This document shows positions 9,971-18,782 of a stretch of 64,000 nt of DNA, piece by piece. Below the pieces are notes generated by a model that was given only the letters and a program-made list of their open reading frames with translations, did no database searches and was not told the DNA's origin. Positions within the stretch are counted from its first letter, which is position 1. Every line of letters begins with the position of its first letter. The stretch is from a virus, in the IMG/VR virus record IMGVR_UViG_3300045988_170943, positions 160,001-224,000 of that record, one strand, 5' to 3'. The translations under genes and the position numbers were made by a program.

Positions 9971-11917
9971 ATGAGAACCTGCCTTGTGAAAAGCCCGCAC
10001 GGGTCAGGACGAGTGACCCTCGGTGCCGAACTCGGTAGAGGCGGCGAAGGGTCAGTGTACACTGTCACTAGCGTGCAGGCACCAACCCTCGGCGCCCCCG
10101 ATAGCCTAGTCGCAAAGGTGTACCACACCCCAGGTGAAGGCAACCGGAGAGCCAAAATCCATGCCATGGTGTCCCGGCAGCCAGACGCCACGTCCCTCGC
10201 CTGGCCTGTCGCCGCCCTGTATGATGGGGTGGAGTTTATCGGCTACCTGATGCCGAAACTTGACGCTAGCCGGTTCCGTGACTGGTCCGACTTGGCGAAC
10301 GCAAAAACTCGCCGCGAGAGTGCACCGGACTTCGACTTCAAGTACGCGCTGCACGCATGCCGGAACCTTGCCGCAGCCATCGACAGTGCCCACAAGGTTG
10401 GGGCGGTCCTGGGGGACATCAACGAGTCCAACGACATGGTGGGTGCTGACGCCAGCATCCTTGTTGTTGACACAGACAGCGCCCAGATCACAGCCTCAAA
10501 CGGGCGAGTGTTCCCCTGCCTGGTCGGCAAGCCCGAGTATACGGCCCCAGAGATCTCGAAGGGGTCGTTCAAGGACAACCCTCGCACGGTCAGCACGGAT
10601 GTTTTCGCGTATGCGGTGATGGTGTTCCAGATGCTCACTGGTGGGGCACACCCTAGTGACGGGAAGTATACGGGTGGTGGGGACGCACCGGACACAAGGC
10701 ACAGGATCCTTCAGGGCGTGTACCCGGCCCTGGTGGACACGGCAGGCTTTCAGGCGGTGCAACGGATCCCCAGTGAGTGCGTCCCGAGCGTCATCATGGG
10801 AACAATCACTAGAGCAATGACTGGGAGACCTGACGCCCGGCCGAGCCTGTACGATTTTGTGAAAGACTACGATGATGTGCTGGCCGCGTTGAGACAGTGT
10901 CCACGTATCGGGTCGCACTGGTGGGATGGGCGGGACCATGCGGTGTGCCCCTGGTGTCTTCGCCGTGACGCTGGCTTGAATGACCCGTGGGGGCCTCCGG
11001 TGCAAAGGGCTCAGGCTGCGGTCCCGTCTAGTGGTGCGATCAGCCAGTCAACGCTTCCTCCGGTGGGGTTCAACTCGGCTAGCAGTGGGGGCTCACCGGC
11101 CGTCACGAGGAGAAGACTCACTCCGGCAGGCTCCAGCACCCCTCCAGGGCGTTCACAGCCTCCTGGTGGGACTGGTGCGCATCCTGGCTACCGTCCTCCC
11201 ACCCAGTACGCTCAGGCACCTGTGTCGGCGCCTCAGGCGGCCTCTAGCAGTGCTGGAGCCCCGCCGACTGGAGGCTATCACTCTCAGTCTTCTCTGCCGT
11301 TCACGAGTGGGTCTAGCGGCTCCACTGGGTCGTCCAGCAGTGTCCCGTCGAAGGTGAAAGGGAAGACTGTCCTGACGTACTCGGACGGTTCCGCTGCGGT
11401 GCGTCCACCTATCGCCACCCTGCTGAGGTCGAATCCTGGTGTCGCCTGGTACTGCATCAAGAACGAAACACCTGGTTTCGCTCAGGCTTGGTGGGATGTG
11501 AAGCGTCCCCTGGTGCTGCTGTGGGCGTCCGCCCTTGGTCTCCTGGTAGGGCTTCTTCTGTCGGGGACGTGGCTGATCGTTCTGCCGCAACTAGCACCGT
11601 ACCTTCAGTCACAGTACCCGTCGATGGACTGGATCTCTATCCTGGTTGGTTTGGGTGGCCTGGCGGCTGCTGCGACCGCATCCGTAGCGGTGCTCTGTTT
11701 GTTCCTGTCGTCAATGTGGGACTTCTTGAAGGCTAGGCGGCAGAACCGTGACCTCAATGTGTTCGAGCGTGACAAGTGGTGGGTGACCGTCCTGAGGTAC
11801 CTGCCGATCCCTGTGGTGTATGGGCCTCTGCTGGTGCTGGTGCTGGTGGCGTGCCTGATCGGTTTGGCGGTGAGTGCAGTGATCGGGATTCTGCGTATGA
11901 TCTTGGAGTCCGACTAA
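9971..11917 (+). CDS. Ser/Thr protein kinase-like protein with zinc ribbon, low-complexity S/P/G linker and 4 C-terminal TM helices
   Basis: Gly loop LGRGGEGSVYTV. Lysine in VAKVYH. Atypical catalytic loop LGDINESN. DTDS in the DFG position. APE motif in EYTAPEI. Cys pair CPWC after the kinase domain. Four hydrophobic helices in the last about 150 aa. Confidence 0.7.
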   Translation: MRTCLVKSPHGSGRVTLGAELGRGGEGSVYTVTSVQAPTLGAPDSLVAKVYHTPGEGNRRAKIHAMVSRQPDATSLAWPVAALYDGVEFIGYLMPKLDASRFRDWSDLANAKTRRESAPDFDFKYALHACRNLAAAIDSAHKVGAVLGDINESNDMVGADASILVVDTDSAQITASNGRVFPCLVGKPEYTAPEISKGSFKDNPRTVSTDVFAYAVMVFQMLTGGAHPSDGKYTGGGDAPDTRHRILQGVYPALVDTAGFQAVQRIPSECVPSVIMGTITRAMTGRPDARPSLYDFVKDYDDVLAALRQCPRIGSHWWDGRDHAVCPWCLRRDAGLNDPWGPPVQRAQAAVPSSGAISQSTLPPVGFNSASSGGSPAVTRRRLTPAGSSTPPGRSQPPGGTGAHPGYRPPTQYAQAPVSAPQAASSSAGAPPTGGYHSQSSLPFTSGSSGSTGSSSSVPSKVKGKTVLTYSDGSAAVRPPIATLLRSNPGVAWYCIKNETPGFAQAWWDVKRPLVLLWASALGLLVGLLLSGTWLIVLPQLAPYLQSQYPSMDWISILVGLGGLAAAATASVAVLCLFLSSMWDFLKARRQNRDLNVFERDKWWVTVLRYLPIPVVYGPLLVLVLVACLIGLAVSAVIGILRMILESD

Positions 11918-12138
11918 CCAGCAGCCTTACCCCTCTCTGGTTCACTGTTTGGGGGAGCCCGCTTTTGCGTATCCTATGAACCGCCTTTTTCTTCGCTCGC
12001 ACTGGACGTGTTCACTGCTCTCTTGTTTTTGGTGTGACCTGGGTCCTGTTGCCTGATGGTGCTGTATCCTGCTATGATCCGAGATAGTAAGCGGTGCCGC
12101 AACCATGTGGCCAGAAAGAAGGAAGGAGGGCGTACTCA

Positions 12139-12765
12139 GTGACGGATCCTGTACTCACGCACGCCCCATCGTTCAGTGACCTACTCAACGATGGTGTTTC
12201 CAACCTGGTTGTGCTGGACTTTGATGGCGTGATCAACCCTTTCGCTTCCCGGTTCAACATCAATCAGAAGCGGTTTTACCGGCCGAACCATTTAGTGCAC
12301 GTCAAGAGCCCCTGGAGCGGCAACGAGCAGTACCCGGTTAAATGGTCCGATGACCTCATGTCTGACCTTAGTGGCATCATGGGTGACCCTGGGACGGTGC
12401 TGATCTGGTTGACGGCCTGGAAACAGCATGTTGCCAAGCCAGTCAGTCTCATGGGATTGGAGACGCACCACCCCCAGTACTGGCTAGACTTCGACAAGGG
12501 TGTCTCCTACCGTCCGAACCAGGGCGCTAAACGTGACGCCATGAGAGACTACCTGGGTGGCGGCACCCTTCCGGAGGGGGTACGGGTCGCGTGGGCTGAC
12601 GATGAGGTTCTGACTGGGGCCCACTCTGCTGACGTCACTTCCATGTTCGGCCCCGGCCTGTTACCTGTCCGGTCGAACCCGATGAATGGCCTGTCCAAGT
12701 GGGATGTGACCCAGATCAGTAAGCACCTGGGTTGGGCCGCCAGCAAGAGGGAGGACTCCCTGTGA
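12139..12765 (+). CDS. HAD-superfamily hydrolase-like protein
   Basis: GTG start 9 nt after RBS GAAGGAAGGAGGG. Motif I LVVLDFDGVINPF (DxDGV). LTAW in the motif II position. WADDE acidic motif IV. Confidence 0.4.
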   Translation: MTDPVLTHAPSFSDLLNDGVSNLVVLDFDGVINPFASRFNINQKRFYRPNHLVHVKSPWSGNEQYPVKWSDDLMSDLSGIMGDPGTVLIWLTAWKQHVAKPVSLMGLETHHPQYWLDFDKGVSYRPNQGAKRDAMRDYLGGGTLPEGVRVAWADDEVLTGAHSADVTSMFGPGLLPVRSNPMNGLSKWDVTQISKHLGWAASKREDSL

Positions 12766-13538
12766 CCAGTGCCACCAATGAGGACAGCATGTTTGAGGGT
12801 TTGCTGCCGTGGATTCTGCGGCCATCCCAGGATCATGTGCGCCACGCCTTCCAGGCAGACACATGCGGCCTCCAGGAGGAGGATGAGACGGTCCTTTCTA
12901 ACGAAGGGTCTTCTTTCCCATCATACACGGTGGGGACGCTCATGGATGGTTGCCCAGTCGTCACAGTCAGGTATATCTCGCCGCGATACGGAGACGACCG
13001 AGACATGTTTTTGGCGGCACTGGACGCCCAGGATGCTTCGATGAGTATTGAGCGCCCCCCGAATGGCGGCGTGGCCCTGGTGCTTCATGCTGGTTTGCGG
13101 TTCTCTGACATCAACGAGCAGATGCGGGGGGTGGAACCGTACGGGACACAACAGGTACAGTCGTTCTACATCAACACGAACGAGGATCATCTGTGGATTG
13201 TGGTGAAGGTGGTTCGTGACGCCCTTGAGGCCGGAACCCTGGTTTCCTGGGGTGACGACAACATGGGACTCTCGTTCTGTGACGGCCGGGCCATGAGTGA
13301 CACTCAGGTGCAGGAGGTGCGGGATCGTATACGAGATGACCTGGCCCTGTACCGTGAAGCCGTTGGCGACAGCAGTGAGGGATGGCAGGCACGGGCGGTC
13401 AGACAGGCCAGCGTCACACATGGCGTCCATTACCCTGGCCTGTCTCACAAAGTCACTGTGCCAAAGCGAACACAGGTAAACGTGCGTGCAGGCAGACTCA
13501 TCAAGGATAAGATCACGAGAAAGAAGAGGGGTTGGTGA
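12732..13538 (+). CDS. hypothetical protein
   Basis: 268-aa ORF overlapping the end of the upstream gene. No motif recognised. Confidence 0.4.
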   Translation: MGRQQEGGLPVTSATNEDSMFEGLLPWILRPSQDHVRHAFQADTCGLQEEDETVLSNEGSSFPSYTVGTLMDGCPVVTVRYISPRYGDDRDMFLAALDAQDASMSIERPPNGGVALVLHAGLRFSDINEQMRGVEPYGTQQVQSFYINTNEDHLWIVVKVVRDALEAGTLVSWGDDNMGLSFCDGRAMSDTQVQEVRDRIRDDLALYREAVGDSSEGWQARAVRQASVTHGVHYPGLSHKVTVPKRTQVNVRAGRLIKDKITRKKRGW

Positions 13539-13896
13539 CATGACACTGACGGAGCGTGACGTCATGGTTAAGGCCAGGGAGAAGTATATGAGGCAACCTG
13601 TGAACTATGGGCCTGAACGTGGAGGAGATCACCTGGTGGACATAGTGGAGCAGGATGCTTTCGAGGCCGGGTTCGAAGCGGCCTTGAAGTGGATGCGTTC
13701 ATCACCAACCACATGATCGCACACCAGTATTGTTAAGGTGTGGTATCAGCAGGCAGAGTAGGTCCGGTCGGTATAATACGCCGAGTTAAGGTGTAGAGGA
13801 CACTGGAGTCATGCCCCATAGCCCCCTGCACCTTTTCTGCCTATTCCACTCTCAACATACTACTACCCCTTTTATCTTAAAAATAGAGGATCGGAG

Positions 13897-14031
13897 ATGA
13901 AAAATATGGACGCACTCACATCTTCTGGTGTTTTTGTACTGGTTGTTGCTGTCACGCTGGGGCTCGCCAGGGCCGGGTCGTGGGCTGTTATGAAACTCGC
14001 GGAACGGAGCAGCAACAAGTTCACACTCTAA
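13897..14031 (+). CDS. small hydrophobic peptide (44 aa, predicted single TM) in a low-GC islet
   Basis: ATG at 13897 after a GGAGAT/AGGATCGGAG RBS-like run. Translates to MKNMDALTSSGVFVLVVAVTLGLARAGSWAVMKLAERSSNKFTL. Too short for the ORF track. Confidence 0.25.
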   Translation: MKNMDALTSSGVFVLVVAVTLGLARAGSWAVMKLAERSSNKFTL

Positions 14032-14304
14032 CCCCACTCACAGGAAGGCCCTGTCTATTCCGCTCTCGTGCCAGCGTATTACGCTTTCAGTGCTCCCAGG
14101 TCGGGATCCTCTAGTTCTCAACCAGCGTGACATCAGAACGGTGTTTGTCACACTGGTTGATTCGCGCTCGGTTTCTATGTTAGGTTGGGCGCACGGAGGG
14201 CACCCCTCTTGAACCTGGGGGCACGAGCCTGTGCCTCCTTCGTCTCTACACTGGGCCAATATTCCAGTCGCACAATCTTCCGGCCAAACACAAGGCGGTA
14301 CCGC

Positions 14305-15561
14305 ATGTTCACTATTCTTCTATGGCTGTTGGGCGTAGCCGCCTTCATTGTCGTACTCCTCGCCAGTATTGGTCTGCACGAGGCGGGGCACATGGTTGCC
14401 GCCAGATGGTGTGGCCTGTATGTCCCTAAGTTCTTCGTTGGGTTCGGCCGCACCATCTGGTCGTTCAAACGGGGCGGCACCGAGTATGGACTGAAAGCCA
14501 TCCCTCTGGGTGGGTTTGTCAGTATCGAGGACCCGACCCGGCCGGAGGGTGAAGACGACAGGATGCTGCTGTCTCACGTACACCCCCTGAAACGGATCCT
14601 TGTGTTCATTGCCGGTCCGCTGGTGAACCTTGCGCTCGCGGTCGTGATCCTCATGGCCGGGCTCGTTGGCCAGCCGTACCGAGCCACCACGACCACGGTG
14701 CAGAACGTGACCGTATGTGAGCACACAGACGCGGAGCACACTCAACTGGTTGCCCCATGTGGAGCATACGCTGCTGGAATCTTCAAGGGTGACACGATCA
14801 CCTCAGTCAACGGGCGTCGAGTATCCACGCTGGCACAGGTTAGGCAGGCTCTCCAGGAAGTGCCGGACGGCCAGAAGGTGCCCGTGACGGTACACCGCGT
14901 GTTCCCCAATGGGGGCGGTGAGCGTGACTTCAACAAGATGGCTCGCGTCGAGGGAGGCACTATCGGGTTGACCGTGAAGACAGAGACCCGTCGGCTCAGT
15001 GTCGCAGAGTCAGCGAAGGTGCTGGGTGCGGTGAGTGTGCAACAGATTCAGGCCATCCCAAGCCTTGTGGGGCAGATCCCGGCGGTATGGCGCAACATCA
15101 TCGGGCAGGGCGATGGTAAGCCCGCGGCCACCTCCATCATCGCGGTAGGGAAGACGTATGGGGATGTGGCCGCGAATACTGGCCCTACTGCGTCATCTGG
15201 GTTCAGTGAGGTTGGTCGCGTTCGTACCCTTGTGTTGTTTAGTGGCCTGGTGAACCTGAGCCTGTTCGTCATGAATGCCTTGTTGCCGATGCTTCCCTTG
15301 GACTCGGGTCGTATCCTGATTGCGTTGGTTGACTTGGTGCGCATGGGGTGGGCTAGGTTCACCAGGGTGGTGTCGCGTGGTATGCGTGCGATGCGTGGGC
15401 GCCTTGATGCTGGCAGTGATGGGGGTGGCGGCTGGGTGTACCGGCCGTTGAGCAGTAAGGTCGTGAACACTCTGACGGTGGTGACATCTGTGCCCTTGTT
15501 CCTGTTTTTCATCATGCTTGTGGTGTCGGATGTGATGTCCACGATCCGGGGAAGCATCTAA
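14305..15561 (+). CDS. rseP: site-2 protease (M50 zinc metalloprotease, RseP/Rip1-like) with PDZ domain
   Basis: HEAGHMVAARWCG (HExxH) at the N-terminus between TM helices. PDZ-like GDTITSVNGRRVSTLAQV. C-terminal TM segments. The start is chosen at MFTILLWLLG. Confidence 0.8.
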   Translation: MFTILLWLLGVAAFIVVLLASIGLHEAGHMVAARWCGLYVPKFFVGFGRTIWSFKRGGTEYGLKAIPLGGFVSIEDPTRPEGEDDRMLLSHVHPLKRILVFIAGPLVNLALAVVILMAGLVGQPYRATTTTVQNVTVCEHTDAEHTQLVAPCGAYAAGIFKGDTITSVNGRRVSTLAQVRQALQEVPDGQKVPVTVHRVFPNGGGERDFNKMARVEGGTIGLTVKTETRRLSVAESAKVLGAVSVQQIQAIPSLVGQIPAVWRNIIGQGDGKPAATSIIAVGKTYGDVAANTGPTASSGFSEVGRVRTLVLFSGLVNLSLFVMNALLPMLPLDSGRILIALVDLVRMGWARFTRVVSRGMRAMRGRLDAGSDGGGGWVYRPLSSKVVNTLTVVTSVPLFLFFIMLVVSDVMSTIRGSI

Positions 15562-15622
15562 TCAGGCCATGCGGTAAACCAGCGTCTTTGTCTTTTTCAC
15601 TCTTGCCGCTTGTGAGATCAAT

Positions 15623-15669
15623 ACCATAGCACCAGACTCTACCATCACAGTGGGGTCTGGTGCTATAGT
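15623..15669. repeat. inverted repeat / hairpin downstream of the protease gene
   Basis: ACCATAGCACCAGAC (15623..15637) and GTCTGGTGCTATAGT (15655..15669). 15-bp arms with one mismatch and a 17-nt loop. Possible terminator or operator. Confidence 0.4.
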
Positions 15670-15775
15670 GTCCTTACATCCCCGTAAGTACATGGGGCAG
15701 CAGAATTAATCTCTAGACGTCGCCCTTACAGTGCATTGAGAAGCGAAAGCACAAGGGCGAGAAAGGGAAGCACAA

Positions 15776-16060
15776 ATGACACGACAGCCAAACGCACTAT
15801 TGTCAGGTGGCAAGGCGACTGGTAGGACCATCTGCCTTAAGTCCCGCGATGGCGACTTCTGGTGGGCTGAGGGGGACCAGAATCAGGTGTACAAGGTTCA
15901 CGTCTCAGATGTTGACTACCTGTCCTTGCATGGGTCCATTGAGTATGGGGAGACGTTTGGTGTCTGGTATGAGGACCAGGACAGTGACGGCACTGTGACT
16001 CTGATCCTTAAACGTGCGCCAGAACCCACTGTCAAGTCAGCCGTAGCCGCCATCGCCTAA
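15776..16060 (+). CDS. hypothetical protein
   Basis: 94-aa ORF with coding-like composition. Confidence 0.35.
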   Translation: MTRQPNALLSGGKATGRTICLKSRDGDFWWAEGDQNQVYKVHVSDVDYLSLHGSIEYGETFGVWYEDQDSDGTVTLILKRAPEPTVKSAVAAIA

Positions 16061-16082
16061 CCGGCTCCTCTTACCACCTTCT

Positions 16083-16625
16083 ATGACTGATCCTCCCAGC
16101 CGTAGCGAACCCAGTATACAACCAGTGGACCCAGACTGCACTCAGGATGCGTGCCCGCAAGTTCTTAGGGCGAGTTCACTACCGGACGGGCCTCGCATCA
16201 TCTACTTCTCCTCCAGCACGGAGAACACTCACCGGTTTGTTCAAAGAGTGGGGCTACCAGCAGTCAGGCTTCCGTTGCGCCGATCAGATCCGGCTGTTGC
16301 TGGCGATGCCCCCTATGTGCTCATCACCCCGTCCTATGGTGGTGGCAGGATGGAGCCAAGGTATGCGATCCCTAAACAGGTGATGGCGTTCTTGAAGGAT
16401 GAGACCAGCAGGAGTAACTGCGTCGGCGTCATCTCCAGCGGCAACACCAACTTCGGTGAAGCCTACCTTGTTGCGGGAAGACTCCTGTCGGCAAAACTTC
16501 AGGTGCCAGTCCTGTACGGGTTCGAGTTACTGGGCACACCAGATGACGTCACCAAGGTACGTGAGGGGTTAGTCGCGTCCTGGGGGCGTCTAGTGGGCGC
16601 CAAGATTGGGGATGTGTCACCATGA
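16083..16625 (+). CDS. nrdI: NrdI flavodoxin-like protein (ribonucleotide reductase class Ib accessory protein); no nrdEF nearby
   Basis: IIYFSSSTENTHRFVQRVG matches the NrdI FMN-binding signature (YFSSxSGNTxRFV). VLITPSYGGG and VISSGNTNFGEAY are also present. Confidence 0.7.
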   Translation: MTDPPSRSEPSIQPVDPDCTQDACPQVLRASSLPDGPRIIYFSSSTENTHRFVQRVGLPAVRLPLRRSDPAVAGDAPYVLITPSYGGGRMEPRYAIPKQVMAFLKDETSRSNCVGVISSGNTNFGEAYLVAGRLLSAKLQVPVLYGFELLGTPDDVTKVREGLVASWGRLVGAKIGDVSP

Positions 16626-16778
16626 CCGCCACGGATGTTCCGTAATCAAGAACCAGTCAAACAAAAGACACTTGACTAAACCACCCTACTCCCTGTGGTC
16701 GTAGCGCGCCAGTGGTGGAGTCAGGGGCAGGAATGGTGCAAGCCATCAAACATCAATCAAGCAAGATAGGGGCTAGGG

Positions 16779-17528
16779 GTGTCAATCTTGAAGCCAGTGA
16801 GGGGGCACAGAATGGATCCTAAGGGCTACGAGGGCCTGTCGAGGGGTGAGCGAGCCAATCTTGACCGGGCCGTGCACCGGTGGGCCACTGAAGGAGGAGA
16901 GGCCGGACCCGGGGTGGTATTTGAGGTAACCGCTAAGATACTCACCGTCGTGCATAATTCCCTCAGACGCCAGGTCATTGATAAGGGTATACTGGATGCT
17001 GCCGCAAATAATGGGTGGGCCTCCATGGACAATGATGCCCTACTGAATCGGTTAAAGACGACCCCGTGCTATGAGGTCGCCCCAGAGTGCCGCCTGGGGG
17101 TTGGTACCCGTCTTGACAAGGAGGGCGTGTGTATCGCGTTCGAGTCGGCAGAACTGAGGATGTGGTTCACTAAGACGGAACGTGAGGCTCTTGGTGACTC
17201 TATAACAGACATTGAAGATGTTATTGAGGAGGTCGCCAGGGCGGACACGGAACGTAAGTACACGATGACCCGGTTCGTTGGCTCATTGGGAGCATGGGCG
17301 CTTGAGAACGGGTCTCGGGACGTATTCTTTAATTTCGTGTCTCATAGTGTGACAAACCAGGACCTTTTCATCAAGATCATGGGTAGCCAGAAGGCTCGGC
17401 AGGTGATCATGGATCATTGCTCTGAGGCATCTCACTGCGAGATTGACAAGTTGCTTAATCTTCATCAGGTTTTCTCCACTGAAGGTGAGGAACCCAAGGA
17501 AGAAGAGTACGACTACCCCTTGGGGTGA
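16779..17528 (+). CDS. hypothetical protein
   Basis: 249-aa ORF. No motif recognised. Confidence 0.45.
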   Translation: MSILKPVRGHRMDPKGYEGLSRGERANLDRAVHRWATEGGEAGPGVVFEVTAKILTVVHNSLRRQVIDKGILDAAANNGWASMDNDALLNRLKTTPCYEVAPECRLGVGTRLDKEGVCIAFESAELRMWFTKTEREALGDSITDIEDVIEEVARADTERKYTMTRFVGSLGAWALENGSRDVFFNFVSHSVTNQDLFIKIMGSQKARQVIMDHCSEASHCEIDKLLNLHQVFSTEGEEPKEEEYDYPLG

Positions 17529-17618
17529 AACGCCACATCTACTGTATCTCCAATAGATAGGTTCTCCTTCAGGGCTGTCGTACCGGGGATGGTCCACGAG
17601 TTAGAAACCATCCTGTGA

Positions 17619-18656
17619 ATGCGAGGCTGGTTTCTTCACACCACAGGAGAACTTGACTCGCACAGTTCTTTGACCCTAGCGGAGGAGCCCGCCATGTCGA
17701 AACCGTTGAAGAAGATGCACCAGAGTGACCGCGGAGAGTGGGTCGAGTGTGGGGCAGATAAACGTGCGTGCCCGAAGAAAGGCCCCAATGGGGAACCCGC
17801 TGAGCACATTTGGGCGGAGAACCCGGAGCATGCCGCAGAGATATCCGCAGCCAGGCAGCACCCAGACAGCATGTTCCCCGCCACCTCCCAGCAGTCCACT
17901 AAGCCCAGTGATGGCACCCCACTCCCTGGAGGATTCGACTTCAGGGGTAAGAGCGACTGGCAGATCGTGGATGCCTGGGACAGCAGCATGAAGTCAATCA
18001 GGGAGGGACGCTACGACTACGCCGACATCGCTGTGGACGACGACAGTGACGGCATGGCGGAATGGGCGCACAATCTCGGCTACCAGGCCAAGGCAATAGG
18101 TGACAACAAGGTCCGCCTATACAACACTGCTGAACTGCCCTCCCATGAGGGATTCTCCTCTGAAGACATGTACAACAGTGTCGAATGGCACACTGCACAG
18201 TGTCGAGAACTGGGTATCCCCAGAGTGTGGGAGGGGCGCTCTGACATATACCTGCACATGCTCGCCAGCGACAACCCCAGACACAAGGATGTCCTCTTTA
18301 AGGAGATGCATGACCATGTTGACAAGACTGCTACCAGGTACCTGAGTGACGAGTCCACGAGCAGGGAGGCTGGACTAAGAGCAGAAGCGGCAGACAGGGT
18401 ACAGTCGGGGCGGATCTCCACTGAGCCACCAGTGAGGACCACGTTCCATGAAGGGCCAGATGGGGAGCGTGTACCGGATAGTTTTGGTGACTGGAACCAT
18501 GAGGTGGAACGAATCTGGGAGTCGTCACCCAAGGACCGTCACGCATTAAAGAATCGGGCACCGGTCCTCATTGACGCACTCCGTCGCGGTGACGCTAAAA
18601 CCTTCAGGGAGCAGATGGACGCCCTGAAGAAGGAGACAACCGACATCAACTGGTGA
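17619..18656 (+). CDS. hypothetical protein (start possibly at MSKPLKK, about 17694)
   Basis: Long ORF with coding-like composition. Acidic and aromatic-rich. No motif recognised. Confidence 0.45.
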   Translation: MRGWFLHTTGELDSHSSLTLAEEPAMSKPLKKMHQSDRGEWVECGADKRACPKKGPNGEPAEHIWAENPEHAAEISAARQHPDSMFPATSQQSTKPSDGTPLPGGFDFRGKSDWQIVDAWDSSMKSIREGRYDYADIAVDDDSDGMAEWAHNLGYQAKAIGDNKVRLYNTAELPSHEGFSSEDMYNSVEWHTAQCRELGIPRVWEGRSDIYLHMLASDNPRHKDVLFKEMHDHVDKTATRYLSDESTSREAGLRAEAADRVQSGRISTEPPVRTTFHEGPDGERVPDSFGDWNHEVERIWESSPKDRHALKNRAPVLIDALRRGDAKTFREQMDALKKETTDINW

Positions 18657-18782
18657 AGCAAGGTGACACCCTTGTGTGGGGCCATGTAGCGCCCCCATGT
18701 GACTAACACGACACAAGAAGCCGGGCAGCAGGTATGAAAACCCTGCTGCCCGGCTTGCTCTACCCCCACAGCGTGACCTACA

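Noticed and set aside
10106-11590. Minus- and plus-strand ORFs overlapping the kinase gene (10243..10695, 10496..11005, 11153..11590, 10980..11357)
   Set aside because: The kinase frame carries recognisable catalytic motifs. The overlapping frames are high-GC artefacts.
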